A stretch of 63,848 nt of DNA, filler included, from Basidiobolus meristosporus CBS 931.73 (Eukaryota; Fungi; Basidiobolomycota): NCBI GenBank assembly GCA_002104905.1. It is 4 parts of 4 records of this genome, joined end to end, with 100 filler letters (N's around TTAATTAATTAA, not from the genome) between each part and the next. Parts side by side here need not be neighbours in the genome. Positions count along the whole stretch, not along the records: positions 1 to 23,466 come from MCFE01000965.1; positions 23,567 to 42,840 come from MCFE01001038.1; 2 more parts are not named here. One strand, given 5' to 3'. The translations under genes were made by a program, and so were the position numbers. How positions within the stretch are numbered: position 1 is the stretch's first letter; every line of letters begins with the position of its first letter. A model generated the notes under the pieces. It made no database searches. It worked only from the letters and a program-made list of their open reading frames with translations, and was not told where the DNA came from. Positions 12,480 through 26,090 of this stretch are shown piece by piece.

Positions 12480-12770
12480 TACAAAAAAATTAAGAAAAGG
12501 TCAGCAGAATGTCATCATAGTATCAGCTGAATTCTGGCTTTCCAAAAAGCGGTAACTCTCAGTATTGCAGGTACTAGCTTCACAGCAGACAAGCAGACAT
12601 CCTTTCCAGGGGGAGACTGGGTCAACTAGCATTTATACCAAATTTGGTAATCAGCTGCTCATCACTTCCAACAAAAATTGCAACTGAAAATCTGAAGATG
12701 CACCAGCTGGATACCAGCTAAAAATCCAATGAATTCCAACTTTGAGACTTTTCATAGGATTAGATAATAA
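12480..12770. repeat. Dispersed repeat, diverged copy of the terminal ~300 bp of the TIR element at 51102-52132
   Basis: Colinear similarity (AAGAAAAGG.CAG..AAT..TCAT.ATATCAGCTGA..GGAGACT.GG.CAACTA..CAAATTTGGTAAT.AGCTG..TTTTTCATAGG) with 51818-52132. Confidence 0.6.
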
Positions 12771-13871
12771 CTTGTGAAGCTTACTCTCTGTTGGGTGTGA
12801 CTTGGAATATTTTCACCAAACTAGCAGGTACTCAGAATAGGAAAGTTCGTCCAGTTGCTCAAAAGCCCTGCAACCTTGTACACATACTTGTGGGTTCTTC
12901 TTATACATGAACCAATTTTCTTGCCAAGAAATTGTAAAAGGATAAATACCATTCTTCAACTTTTATAAAGCATTAGGTGAAAGCCGCTTATTTACTTAAT
13001 TTGAAAACCATCTATTTGTTCTCCCAATCAGCCTCCAAGTTTAGACTTTTCTATGAATATTCCCTCGAGATAAGCCTCTTGCCGAATGGCCTTGTAAGGT
13101 CGCCTAAAGACTTGAGCAATATAGACTATTTTCTAGAGCCTAGAGTCAAGAAACTCAATAGTGGACCTTGAAACATCACGAGGAAAAATGAAGCATGTTA
13201 TCTTGGTCTAATCAACTAGCCATATTATGCTCTCCTAATCCCTCCACTACCAATTTTAAAACAAATAACCCTTAACTCATAAATCAGGCCGCGAATAACC
13301 AAATAATCCATTCAGCCGGTAGTCTGAGTACGAGTTGGATGAGTATCGGTTCATCTAGCGTAAAATAAAGTTGGATATGAAGCTTTCGGTTGATTAATGG
13401 ATGTTTACCAGTTCGATGATGCTTGCAGCTATTTCCGAGAGATGTTCAGCCGAGCATCACTCAAGTCGAAGTGGGGTACGTTTAGTTAAATTAAGAATGG
13501 TTGACTCAGCAACAATGCGGGCTAGAAAAGCTGATTCACTTCGTCCAAATGGGGGCTCATTTGCTTAGTTCCTCTGTGACACTCGAATTTCAAGATTCCC
13601 AGTTCATGGTATATACAATTGCTTCGAATGTGCGTGTCACGATATTGACCACTCATTGGAACAATGCCTTTGAGGTATTGGATAGCCAATTTAGTTCAGC
13701 ATTCATTCGCATCTCGATGTATCGTGTTGACTGATTCTTTGCTTCGGTATCTTTGATAACCTTAAAATTAGCAGCAATGGAGCTTCGTTTTTCCGACAAT
13801 TCGAAAAGGCTGCCTATATAATGCTCCTCATTCTCCCTTGTTGAAACTCAGAACCTTCCCAATTGGCGACC

Positions 13872-14588
13872 ATGAGATTCTTGACTTACATTCATGCAGC
13901 AATTCTGGCCCTGTCCGCTACAGCCTTACCTACTGACATCGGGGCATCTAAGTTCAACCAAGACTCGAATGGGGATCTATACAAGAGGCTAAATGTCAAT
14001 GATACTGTATTTTTGATGCTTGATCACCAGGCTGGCCTATTCTCGTTATCCAGAGATTGGCAGCCCAACGAAATGAAAGCCAATGTACTAGGACTAGCCG
14101 AGGCCACTACGTTGCTGAACATTCCAGTTGTGCTTACCTCCAGTATTGAGGACGGACCCAACGGGCCGTTAATACCGGAGGTGAAGAGTCTGCTAAAAAA
14201 CGCGGTCTATGTTCCTCGGCAGGGAGAAATCAACGCTTGGGATAATGCGGACGTTGTTAAAGCAGTCAAAGCAACTGGTAGAAAGCAAATCGTTATGGCA
14301 GGCATCGTCACGGATGTCTGTGTCGCGTTCCCGGCCCTCTCTGCAGTTCAGGAGGGATATGATGTGTATGCAGTTATCGATGCTTCGGGAACATTCAATG
14401 AAGGAGTTCGTGATATTTCCCTGGCACGAATGATTCAGGCCGGTGTCCAGCCTATGAACTTTTTCTCGACAGTGTGCGAATTGGCTCGTGACTGGAGAAA
14501 CTTCCCCGACGGTAGCCTTGGTGAGCTTTTTGCCAAGTATGTTCCGGATTACAAAAATTTGATGGTATCTTACTCGGCGAAGTCTTGA
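13872..14588 (+). CDS. YcaC-like isochorismatase-family cysteine hydrolase with an N-terminal signal peptide (238 aa from ATG 13872), intronless
   Basis: LMLDHQAGLFSLSRD, LTSSIEDGPNGPL, PRQGEINAWDN and AGIVTDVCVAFPALSA match the YcaC pattern with Asp/Arg/Cys catalytic residues. The hydrophobic N-terminus is MRFLTYIHAAILALSATA. Confidence 0.9.
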   Translation: MRFLTYIHAAILALSATALPTDIGASKFNQDSNGDLYKRLNVNDTVFLMLDHQAGLFSLSRDWQPNEMKANVLGLAEATTLLNIPVVLTSSIEDGPNGPLIPEVKSLLKNAVYVPRQGEINAWDNADVVKAVKATGRKQIVMAGIVTDVCVAFPALSAVQEGYDVYAVIDASGTFNEGVRDISLARMIQAGVQPMNFFSTVCELARDWRNFPDGSLGELFAKYVPDYKNLMVSYSAKS

Positions 14589-16119
14589 TCACTGTCAACA
14601 CAGCAATTGTCTCTCAATAAAAACACGGTTGTACTTCAAGTCAACCACAATGGTATTATAGATATGGGTATACTAGCAGACCAGTGCATGTCACGTAATT
14701 GGCCACAGGCTTTTCCCGCATCCATCTTGGACAGTACAAGCGGGAATTTATTTGCACCGGTGGTGCTTGTTTCACGGTATAGCGGCTCTATCAAGTCCCC
14801 TGGCAGGGGCGATGTTTGTCACCGCCTGCCCAGCATTATTGAACGGTTTGTGTAATCAATCTATATATCACCTTACCCGGTGACTGCATATCCTGTTATC
14901 ACTTACAACATGCGTAAGTTTAATGCTAAGCCACAGCTTCGAAAATTCTGAAAGGATTCCTGGTGTCTTGTGGAGAACCCCGGTGCATCTCGATGATATC
15001 CAGCAGTGGTTAGATGTATCAGAAAACCAGTGACAACAACGAAAAAGCATGCAGCAGGGGGGGTGGAATCAACGAAGTGTAGGGCCAAAGTGCCTTTGTA
15101 CCGGAGATCGTGCTATGAATTGGCTACACTTGTCATGGTTTTGAATGCACGTGAGTATCTACAACCAATACAAATACACGTAAGTATCTACAGCCAATAC
15201 CGCTGGATAATTTAATCACCACTTGAAGGCCTACGAAATCCAGATCGATCAGAAGGGACATGCCCTCATTGGGTATCCTGTTAAACTATTCCGACGAGTC
15301 ACAGCTCTCAGGAGCACCTGGATTTGTGACAGTGTCGATAATAGCACATGGTAAACAAAGCTTATATCCTTAGCGAACTACTATATATATACATACAGAG
15401 GTCAAGCATTTGTAATACATTCGGATGAGGATTCAAGGGAGCTGACTATTAGAAAGGTATCGATATTTATATGAGGTTCATTGGTGGGTAGGCCACCACT
15501 AAAGGGTAGCCTTGGCATGCACATATACCTACACACCTTCCATAAAGTATGTATAGCATCTTGGTTTCATCCTTTACAAACTATACCAGATCTACTAGGA
15601 TAAGCTTGATCAGCATAGGGTTGTGATATGCTTGGCACCCCGTATCCCAAGAAAATATTTAATCTGACACGGATGGTATTGTATCAGACGATATTAAAAA
15701 GCTCTTTACATTCGAATTGTATGATGGTGTTTGCCGTGAGCGTAAACGTGCAATCGTATCCATGGGATGCTGTTATTTGGATCATTCTTGGTGGTTTGAG
15801 TTTGGATCACCACACTTTCATATGCATATCACCAAGAATAACCTCCCACTATTACTATTGGCAATCAATGGTTAGTTATTCGAATGGTGCTTAGAGCATG
15901 GTTATCAGAGATTCAGGGGTCAAGAAGTTCGCATCGCTGTCAAGTATCAATATTGATATATTAGGTTTCTATTTGACATGAAACTTCATATGTGGGTGAC
16001 CTCATACCACCGCTTCAGTTTTAAGTATTTACAAAGAGTCTATTACTGAGCTAAGCCCAACGGCCGATCAAAGCCATCGCGCCTGCGCCTAATCACATAG
16101 TCACGTAGTATGCGGATTT

Positions 16120-16620
16120 GGCTATACCCGGTTGGCTATACCCGGTTGGCTTGTAAACTTGGTGCTATTGCGAAAATCAACGGCAATCAGATCTACAAAT
16201 GCGATGTAGATCAAGATCCCTGCCGAGATCGCGTCAGATACTCCGATGACCGATAGACTGGTGACTGTGTGTACCCACCCCGATGGCGATCCCGGTGGAC
16301 GTGATGAGGCTGTAGAAAAGTGCGGCAAGATTCTTGTAAGAGAGCTCTCCAATCTTCACCCCAAGTGCAATCCTTTGAAAGAACTGATGGAATACTATCG
16401 CTGCGAGTAGTGAGGGGAATCTGGATCCTGAAGCGACGTCGAGTGAGAGGCCGATAACTATGGAGTGAGTGGCAATACCGAACTCAAGCATGTATGCGGC
16501 GGTCCTCTAAGTGTAGCCCCCCTCTGGCATATGTATCACTCCAAGACCACTGATAATCATGATGATAAAGATCGCAGCTAAGCGATGTGGAATGGCAAGT
16601 CGTAGCTGATAAATGCATCC
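16120..16620 (-). pseudogene. ZIP-family (ZRT1-like) zinc transporter pseudogene
   Basis: LEFGIATHSIVIGLSL, FHQFF, GIAIGVG and GVSDAISAGILIY motifs split across two frames. A TM1-like LAAIFIIMIISGLGV lies just upstream, so the middle of the gene is deleted. Confidence 0.8.
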
Positions 16621-17455
16621 GCACTACAAACCCTATCTTTATGGTCTTGATGGTGGGTAGAGGCTAAAAAGACTTGTGTTAGTCATCAAATGAATGTCGA
16701 ACCAAGCCTCAGTTACCAACCAGCTGAATGGGAATGGTGCTCATTGCGTGCCTAGCTTCAAAGTACAGAAATAGGAAGCCTTCTTACTCTCAGTGCTGGC
16801 GTGCTTCTTTGTTGGGGGCATTTGACTTCACTTCAACAAGTGCACGTCCCTCAATGCAGCCAATTCCACTCTCTAGCTCACATAATATCCACCTATGGTG
16901 CACTAGAGAACAGGTGCACTCACTATGCTACATCACATATTACTTATACGCTGCGAAGTGATACATCTATATGATACTGCGCTATTGCAAGAATATTGGG
17001 TATACTACAGCTAGTTTAGATGGCCAGGGATATTGCATATTACTCAACAACCTTTTTAGTGAGCTCAGCTAAGTACTTTCTACTTTTAGGGGGGCATCAC
17101 AGAGTCAAGGATACTAGCATTTGGTTTCAGGTGAAGCTTGAGAAAGTGGCATGGAAGTCTAGCAGTCTTTAAAACATCTTGAAAGGTCACAACAGCCTAC
17201 TGGCCTTCACTGTTCCAAAAACTAGCAAACTTCTCATAGTCACAACAGTGCTTGAGATAATATAGGTGGATAGGCAAAACAGTAGCTTATGTGGTATTCA
17301 CTTTATAATTTACTGGATGTAAAAGTGCTTATTTTAGTGAGATATCATGAGGCTTTACTGTCACATTAGTATGTTAACTCATTTGCAGGACTGCTTTAAG
17401 CCAGCATGCAAATTGGCAAAAAAGATATTTAGTGGTGCTAACTGACGGGACATCA

Positions 17456-20150
17456 TGTTGAAGATGTTTTGGCAGTAACTTATGTGATTGGAGGAGCATG
17501 TAGATTATACAGGGTTCTCTTAGTGACATATTGAATGTAAAAGTAATATTTGAACTTTCCCTAGTCTAGGCAGAATAAGCATATAGAAGATGCTGGATAC
17601 CTGATGTTTGGTTGAAGTTATCTCATGAAGACCTAACAAGAGATCTGGCAACAATTTGCTTGCATTTGTACTCAGAACAAGAGATATCCCAAAGCTGCTC
17701 CAATTACCCAAACCTTGTACCCTTGCTCTTGGGTCCTTCCTAAGCATACTCCACATGCTTTTTTGCCAAGACTAGGCTAAAGCACAAATACTACACTTAT
17801 GCTCAATACATGATTAAGTACAGCTGTTGTAAGAGTTTTGAAGATACTGGAAGCAATTTGGTCAAGTATATTTTTGGTTTTCACCCAATCATATATTGCT
17901 TGTCATAGGTATGCTTAGACTTCACATGGCCTTGCAAGAGTAAACACATTGAATGAGCTTGAGAAGATCCCAATAACATGTGTGCAAAGTACAGGTCATT
18001 TGGACAACTTTAAGAAATTTCATGTTCTAGGTACCTGATAGTTTGGTGAAAATATTGCAAGCAAGTCCCAACAAGGAACTTGGTTGAAGTTCTCTAAGAT
18101 TTTTAGATTTTCTGCTTAGTGACTGAGTTGGGCAAATGTTCAAGTGCAATTACAGACCTACAACAGTCCCACTCAATTATATACTCATATTAATCAGTCC
18201 TAACTGTGAAGAATAATATTCAAATATACTCCTACCTAATGGTTTGATAAGTAGACCTGTTCTGTTAGATAATGCAATATTGAGCCATGAGTGTTAAATA
18301 ATTCCATAGCAAGCCAGAGAGAGTGTTGTTATTTGGCACTCATGGCTCAATATGGTACTATCCAGCAGAATAAGTCTGGTATGTCTGCAATTGTTTCCTT
18401 TGGGTCAGAGAACTATGCTCCTTACATCACTCTCCATAGCTTTATGTATGAGATTATGTCCAATATCTATATGCTATGTACAGGTCTATCATCCTGATTA
18501 CGCTGGCCAACAACTCCCAAAGAAAATGTGATATCTGGATGTGTTCCTAGCATGATATACATCAAACTACCAGTCATAGATTTGTGGAGAAGTTTAGGCT
18601 TTCAGACAGCACCAAGCTCTGTTGATTTAGCTGAGTTTTGATCAAGTTGAGGTTTGTATCCATCACAGTAGCTGTTTGTCAACAGTTTTTCATTTGGTAC
18701 TTCTTAGGTATATCCTGAATGTACTTGGATTGGCTTGAGACTATGCTCTGGGTACTTCTCTCTATGAAAACTGCATCCCTCAGCAGTAACTGAGCTCTCC
18801 CAGATTAGACATTTCAGCTCCTTAGATAAACTGGACTTGGTCTCTTCCAATGTTTCTGGCTATTGGTGGCTATAAGATTGTCTATGTGTAGAGCTAATAG
18901 AACTGAACTTGCTCTATGACATAAAGTGGATAACATAGTTCTCTGTACTTCTTTGGAAATTCAGGGATACTAAACAAGAATCTATCTGTCAATTCCTGGC
19001 TCTAGGTAATTGCTTGAGACCATATAGAATTTTTTAGGCTTGTCAGCCAAATGGGGACTGTCTTGGTCATCAAGCCCATCAGGCTAGTTAATATACACAA
19101 CTACATAGAATTCCTCATTTAAAAATGCAGCTATTATATTTACTATTAATAAAAAACTTATATTTGGCTGCAGTAGCCAAAATTAGTCTGATGGAATTAA
19201 ATCTGGCTAATGGTACAAAGGTTTCAGTGAAGTCTAGTCCCTTGATCTGAGAGCACCCTTAGGCCTCAAATCTTGCTTGGTATCTTTTAATTTCACTAAC
19301 AGCCTTCTATTCTGTCTTGAAGACCCATCTGTATTCAATTGATTTTTGGTTGATTGGTAATTTGACCATGTATCAAGTTTAATTTCCATCAGTGCTTGAC
19401 ACTACTCAGTCTTTGCAGATCTCTGAAACCTTGGCTGAGGGCCATATGGGTCCTCTTTTACTCTTTGGGGCTCATCAATATTGGCTGAATAGGTGTAGGC
19501 TCAGTGTGTATTCTTACTAATATAGTAATTTGGTCCATTTCCAATCCAATTCAATCTTCTGCCTTGTGATACTGAGATGATCACTGTTGCAATATTCCTG
19601 GGCACTGATTTAGGTTGAGCCATAGTTGCAGAGTCCTCTGGAGTCAGAAAATTTTCATAGATTTGCTCTGATTTGGTCCTAACTATTGATTAAGGTATTT
19701 GATGGAAAACACCAGCTTAATGTCTATAAAAGAGTATTTGAATTCCAATAGATTCCAATCAGAGTATCAGATGAACACAGTGCAAGATTTGCATAGAAAT
19801 ATTATTTAGGAGCAAGTAAGCTCACAAGTTGATCAGTCACCAGAGTAGTGATGTAGAGGTTTAAGAGTGTTAGTTCTTGGTTATAATCAAAATTAGCAAA
19901 TCTGCAGTAGGAGAGATGGTGACTAACCTGATGCTCTACTTATATGACAACTTGGATTGTCTATGACTGATTGCAATTTTTTCTTAGTTTTGACAAATCC
20001 ACTTAGAATAAAAGGCAGGTATTTTGAGTAGCATAATCAAAGCAGTGATCACCTCTTGGAAGAAAATGAGCCAATCCAGTCATGTGACATGGCAATAACA
20101 TACCATCTATACAGTGGGTCATTTTCCCACCAAATCACAGTCAATGCCAT
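17456..20150 (-). mobile_element. Degenerate Ty1/copia relic (LTRs ~17456-17760 and 17825-18165; RT/RNaseH/integrase remnants)
   Basis: LTR 17825-18165 is bounded by TGTTG..CAACA and is similar to the 350-bp LTR family. Reverse-strand remnants of the copia RT ([24 protein letters not shown]) and the region encoding GSLMY are present, with many stops. Confidence 0.65.
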
Positions 20151-20190
20151 AGATTCACTCAGCAACTATATTTCTTACTACTTTATTAAC

Positions 20191-21790
20191 TGTTGTAAAA
20201 TTTGTAATTCCACCTATATATTCACCTAGCTTAGTAACTTATGTCATTATCTACAAATCTTAGAGAGTACTGACCAAATTCCTTGTTGCAATTTACTCAG
20301 AATATCATCATCAAAATATCAGGTACCAACAACATGAAAATTCTCAAGATTGTCCACACAGCCCCAAACCTTGCACACATGCACTTGGGACCTTCTTAAA
20401 CTTACTCTACACATTTGCTATGCCAAGACCATGTAAAAGTATAGATACTAGCTTTACATTCAATATATCATTAAGTGAAAACCACATGATCTACTTATCC
20501 TCCCAAACCACTTCCAATATTGTCTAGACTCTTGCAACTGGTTATGAGCCTCAAGCTGTCACTCTTTGTAATGTCTACTATGGCTATTAGTGAGATTTTT
20601 CCCTCTGCTGAAAAGCTGGATGGATCTTACTACCCAGTGTGGAATATGAAGATGAAGATGCTGCTACAAGAAAGAGGCATTTGGGATATTTGTATGGGAG
20701 AAGAATGCCCTCCTGAATATGTGGGAGAGGAAGCCCTAGAGCACCATAGAAAAGAACAAAGTGCCTTTAACTGCATTTGCCTTAATGTTAAAGACAAATT
20801 GCTAATTCAAAAGCCAGTCACATTCAGCTGCTAATAAAATGTATCTTAGACAAAAATTTCTTGCTACAAAGTTGCTGCCAGGAGAAGAATTGAAAAATCT
20901 AGTTATATGTGTTTCCCTGCTGGTGGATGAGATGGAATCTGTGGGAATACCAACAACTGACAATGATACAATAGTTACCATCCTGAATAGCCTGACAGAC
21001 AGGTTTCAGGGCCTTGTATCAGCCCTAAAGTCCAGAACTGAAGCCTTAACCTTGAACTATGTATATGGAAGGCTCCTGGATGAAGAACTAAGAAAATCAA
21101 GTGCCAATAAGAAGGAAGAAGAAAATGATGTAATAAACAATGATGACCAACAAAGTGCTGTAAGAGTCTTGGAGATATTGGAAGTGATTTGGAGAACAGG
21201 TAGATTATGTGGTTTTCACTTAATGATTTATTGAATGTAAAAGTAGTATTTATACTTTTACCCGGTCTTGGCATTACAAACACATAGAATAGGCTAAGGA
21301 AGGTCCCAAGAACATGTGTGCAAAGTTTGGAGCTGTTTGGACAACTTTGAGAATTTTCATGATTTGGGTACCTGGTATTTTGATGAAAATATTCTAAGTA
21401 AATCCCAACAAGGAATTTGGTCAGTATTCTCTAGGATTTAAGGGTAATGATCTAAGTGACTAAGTTAGGTGAATATTTAGGTGGAATTACAAATTTTTAC
21501 AATACAAAGGAGATACTAAGGATCCTTAAGCAGGTGCTCATGGGTGACAATAGGACACTTGATGCAACTAGAGAAGGTACTATCCAAATAAGCCTTGGAA
21601 GTAGTAAAGGGAGCCACACAGTTACCTTCAAAGAAGTACTTGATGTACTAAATGTAGCCAAGTGCCTACTCTCTGTAGGCAAGGCCACTGATACAGGACC
21701 CAGTTTCAGTTTTGACATTTAGTTGCAGGATCACTGATCAAAATGGTGTCCATGTTTGCTTGAGTACAAGAGATCAGAGTCTATGCAGTT
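20191..21790 (+). mobile_element. Decayed Ty1/copia element (5' LTR 20191-20539, gag and protease remnants), interrupted by a solo LTR
   Basis: LTR followed by GGTTATGAGCC PBS; gag remnant EKLDGSYYPVWNMKMKMLLQERGIW. Confidence 0.85.
21156..21504 (-). mobile_element. Solo copia LTR with 5-bp TSD CAAAG
   Basis: Reverse complement of the 350-bp LTR; CAAAG at 21151-21155 and 21505-21509. Confidence 0.85.
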
Positions 21791-21847
21791 GCAGAGCATC
21801 TAAGAATACTTGGGTGCACAGTATATGCCAAGAAACTGCCTAGATAT

Positions 21848-23466
21848 TGTTGTAAAAATTCGTATTTTCCACCTAAATATTCACCTAACTTAGTCACTTA
21901 GATCATCACCTTCAAATCCTAGAGAATACTGACCAAATTCCTTGTCGGGATTTACTTAGAATATTTTCACCAAAATACCAGGTACCCAGAACATGAAAAT
22001 TCTCAAAGTTGTCCAAACAGCCCCAAACTTTGCACACATGTTCTTGGGACCTTCCTTAACCTATTCTACGTGTTTGTAGTGCCAAGACCATGTAAAAGTA
22101 TAAATACTACTTTTACATTCAATAAATCATTAAGTGAAAACCACATAATCTACTTGTTCTCCAAATCACTTCCAATATCTCCAAGACTCTTACAACAGGT
22201 TATGAGCCCCGAGCTGTCACTCTCTGCAATGTCTACTACTGCTATTACTGGAATTTTTCCCTCTGCTGAAAAGCTGGATGGATCTAACTACCAAGTGTGG
22301 AAGGTGAAGATGAAGATGCTGCTGCAAGAAAGAGGCCTTTGGGATATTGTCATGGGAGAAGAATGCCCTCCTAAAAACGTGGGAGAGGAAGCCTTAAAGT
22401 ACCAGAAGAAAGAACAAAGTGCCTTTAACTGCATTTGCCTTAATGTCAAGGACAAATTGCTAATTCAATGCTCAAGAGCAAAAACGGCAAAAAAATGCCT
22501 GGAAAGCATTAGAAGACACCTACCAGTCATGTTCAGCTGCCAAGAAAATGTATCTGAGAAGAAAATTCTTTACTACAAAGATGCTGCCAGGAGAAGAAAT
22601 GAAAAATCTAATTAACAGAATTACCCTGCTGGTAGATGAGATGGAATCTGTGGGCGTACCAACTACTGATGAGGATGTGATAGTTACCATCCTGAATAGC
22701 CTGACAGACGAGTTTCAGGGCCTTGTATCAGCCCTAGAGTCCAGAACTGAAGATTTGACCTTAAATTACGTATATGGAAGGCTCCTGGATGAAGAATTAA
22801 GAAAATCAAGCGCCAATAAGAAGGAAGAAGAAAATGCTTTAATAAGCAATGATAACCAACAAAGGAGGTACCCAAGACCCTACAAAGGCAACAGCAACCT
22901 ATTTTGCAACTACTGCAAAAGGAAAGGACACACATCAGACCGGTGTTTCAAAAAGAGAGATTATCAGCAAAAGAAGCCTGAATATGGAAATGCTGCAACA
23001 ACTGAAGATAGACTATTCATATCTGCACTAAATATGACCACAAACAAGGATTCTCAGACGTGGTATATTGACTCTGGAGCTTCTCAACACTTTACACACC
23101 AAAAAGAACTTTTTACCCAATATCAAGAAATTCCAATTAAGAAGGTTTTCATGGGTGACGATAGAACACTTGATGCAGTGGGAGAAGGAACTATCCAAGT
23201 AAACCTTAGAAGCAGTGAAGGAAGCCATACACTGACCTTTAAAGAAGTACTCTATGTACCAGAAATAGCCAAGAACCTACTCTCTGTAAGCAAGGCCACA
23301 GCAGAAGGACTCAGTTTCAGTTTTGACAATTCTGGATGCAGGATCACTGATCAAAATGGTGCTCATATTGCTTCGGGCATCAGAGATCAGAACCTATACA
23401 AGTTGACTTATATTCCATCATATCTGGAAGCCAATATAAGTAACTTAAATGAAGAAACACCAATGC
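21848..23466 (+). mobile_element. Young Ty1/copia element: 5' LTR 21848-22197, PBS, gag-protease; cut by the contig end
   Basis: TGTTG..CAACA LTR, PBS GGTTATGAGCCC, CCHC knuckle CNYCKRKGHTSDRC and protease WYIDSGASQH. One frameshift near 22495. Near-identical to 34596-36210. Confidence 0.95.
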
Positions 23467-23566
23467 NNNNNNNNNNNNNNNNNNNNNNNNNNNNNNNNNN
23501 NNNNNNNNNNTTAATTAATTAANNNNNNNNNNNNNNNNNNNNNNNNNNNNNNNNNNNNNNNNNNNN
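23467..23566. other. Artificial contig linker (N-run / TTAATTAATTAA / N-run)
   Basis: 100-nt block with stops in all six frames; the same design recurs at 42841-42940 and 56514-56613. Confidence 0.97.
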
Positions 23567-25858
23567 CAGGATGCTGCTAGATATAGAAGGCCAAGGTAGC
23601 GGTCAAAGTGGGTGCTAATCGAGAATAGATATATTGTGGGTGATGATGGTGGGGTTGGCCTAAATATGAGCATTTCTTTGATGCACTAGTTGCTGATTTT
23701 ACTGTTTGATCGAATTCCTTTCCCATTAATGTTCCCCATAAGCATTAGAAGGCAGCGGCCATATGGTGTATTATTTAGGGCAGGGTGATGTAATACGATC
23801 GAAGTCGAAATCATTCCTGGAATAGTCACTCCTGTTCAACCCATTCCTTCATTCAGGTTCCGGTATGTTGAGAATGGAAGGGATTTGTTGACATGGTCAG
23901 TTAATGTGTTTAATCCTCCTACGAGATTACGTGCAAATTTGTTTAAATTATGTGCCTAATACTCTGTATTTAGCAAGTGTTCTATCTATGATGTGGGCTC
24001 CCTCTGTGACGTCATACTGATCGATGGCAGCTCTGCCCTTACAAAGCCTGATTGGCCATTCCCGCTGATATCCCATATTCCTTGCCCATTTGACAGTGCA
24101 AAAAAAGAAAGATAAATGCCACATTTGGTAAGACGTACTGAGGATACTAATCTCTGTTGAAATTTGGTCGTGTAATTCCTGGTGGATTGGTTATGCTGAG
24201 GTAATCTTGATAAGATTAGAAATGGAGTGGAAGGCATTAACAGTTATGAGGAGTTATTAGTCCTGATATCGATACTCCATTATTGATGGGTTTCTATCCT
24301 TCCCATTATTGCCAACCATACCTCCTTTGTATGAGTAGATAATCCATATATATGCTAGTCTTTTGCATACGGAGAAAATAGTTAGACACAATTCACGGTA
24401 TCGTTCATGCTTAGGAGTGGTCGGCATTTGGATGCTTCAAATGCCACAATCATGATATGAGGTGCACCAAGTTACGGGCGCATATTACCCGGAAAGAAGT
24501 GAATGTACCTTAGACGAGTTGCCTATTTCATCTTTGGTGGCCCATTGTACACAATTTTTCATCGTGTGTCTGCTTATTCTTGACGCTTCAACATAGCCCA
24601 CGTGACAGGATGATGGTTTCACACAGCGTTTACAAATTCTGAGAATTGGTAATTTGTCGCTTGGTTTCCAGAAAAGTAAGGTAAAGAGACCTGCTCAAAT
24701 GAGCATTAATCGACGCGTTATCAGATTCTAGTTGGTGTTATCTTTACATATTTAACCCTTGAGATAATGGGTTAGTGACAGGGAGCTCACCAGATTGAAC
24801 ATATCTGCTAGGTATATTACCTCGGTTGTGAGTCAACACTGAGGTGTGAAAATTTCCAAATTACATGAACATCAATTAGCCATAAACACTCGCTTGACGC
24901 ATTTTTTGTGGCTGTTTCAATTCTTTCTTGGTATGGCCGCAGTGGGTACCGATGTTACCATCCAACTAACGACAGCTCGATTTATTTACCAAGGACTAAG
25001 GTAGGAGTTCTTCAGGAGTAATGTTACCGGGGGTCTTCCTGTTCACCTTTCAAAAGTCCATGGTATAGGTGTTGTCACTCACTGAAACGCGCTGGTAACG
25101 GGGGCCTCTAAGTTTTGCCCAGTTTGCCCATTGACTCGAATGAGTGTGCTGGACCCGCAGCAATTGAATTTGTAATCCTTGACGATGGCTCCACTGGAGA
25201 AAGTGATCAGTGCGCAACCTTGCTTGTGAATGCGAGGCCAAGGTAGCAGCTGAAGCAAGTGAAGTGAAGGAAAAGATATTGTACTTTACAATGTTGTTTC
25301 GTTGGATTGTTAAGTGCGTTCATTACGCTTATATAGAGGTCACCGGATTGAATGTCCTGTTTATGCTAATTTCTTGAGGATAGTCGTTTTACGCAATATA
25401 CTGAAAGAATAAGACATACAACTGTTAGAATTTGGTAAGGAAAGGAGGGAAACGGAAATGATTCACAGCTTGCTAGGAGCATCGACACACAGTCAGGGTG
25501 TGTGCTATATATCATGGGGAACTTGTGAATTCTTAATCGATATTGCACCCGCTTGATTGTTAGAGTTAGTAAGTAAATTTGGCTGAAGTTTGTGGCTAAC
25601 ATAACTGCAATACAATACCACTACTGTAGTAATTTTTGTATTTGCGCCTAAATGTTTACATCGACTTGGTCTAGGACCTTTACTATTCCCTAATCACTTG
25701 GAAAATATTTAATGGTCACTACTAGAATGCCATATAAAATCAGCAGAAATCCAAGATTAAATAAAATGGTATATCAAAAATGGGGGTTACGGCACATATT
25801 AAAACATTCAACTATTATTTTTAGATATTTTATATTTTGTATTTACCCATAGAAATTA

Positions 25859-26090
25859 TAAGGGGAGGGAAAGTCACAATTGCAGTGAAATCTTTATTCT
25901 GCCAAGTAGTAGCAAAAAATCACTAAAGTTAAAAAATTAAGAAGCCAACTAAGAGCTCTTAAATCTCTTAAGTAAATAATCATACTTAACATTAGTTTCT
26001 TGGGTAATATTTAGGAGGAGGGATAGTCACAAAGGTAAGTGAAGCATTTATTTAAACTCAGATAAGCCTAATCACACTTAGGGTTAGGGT
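25859..26090 (-). mobile_element. Two short 5'-truncated cassette ends of the telomeric system, plus (TTAGGG)2-3
   Basis: AGGGGAGGGAAAGTCACAATTGCAGTGAAATCTTTATT at 25861 and AGGAGGAGGGATAGTCACAAAGGTAAGTGAAG at 26012, then TTAGGGTTAGGGTTAGG at about 26068-26094. Confidence 0.75.
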
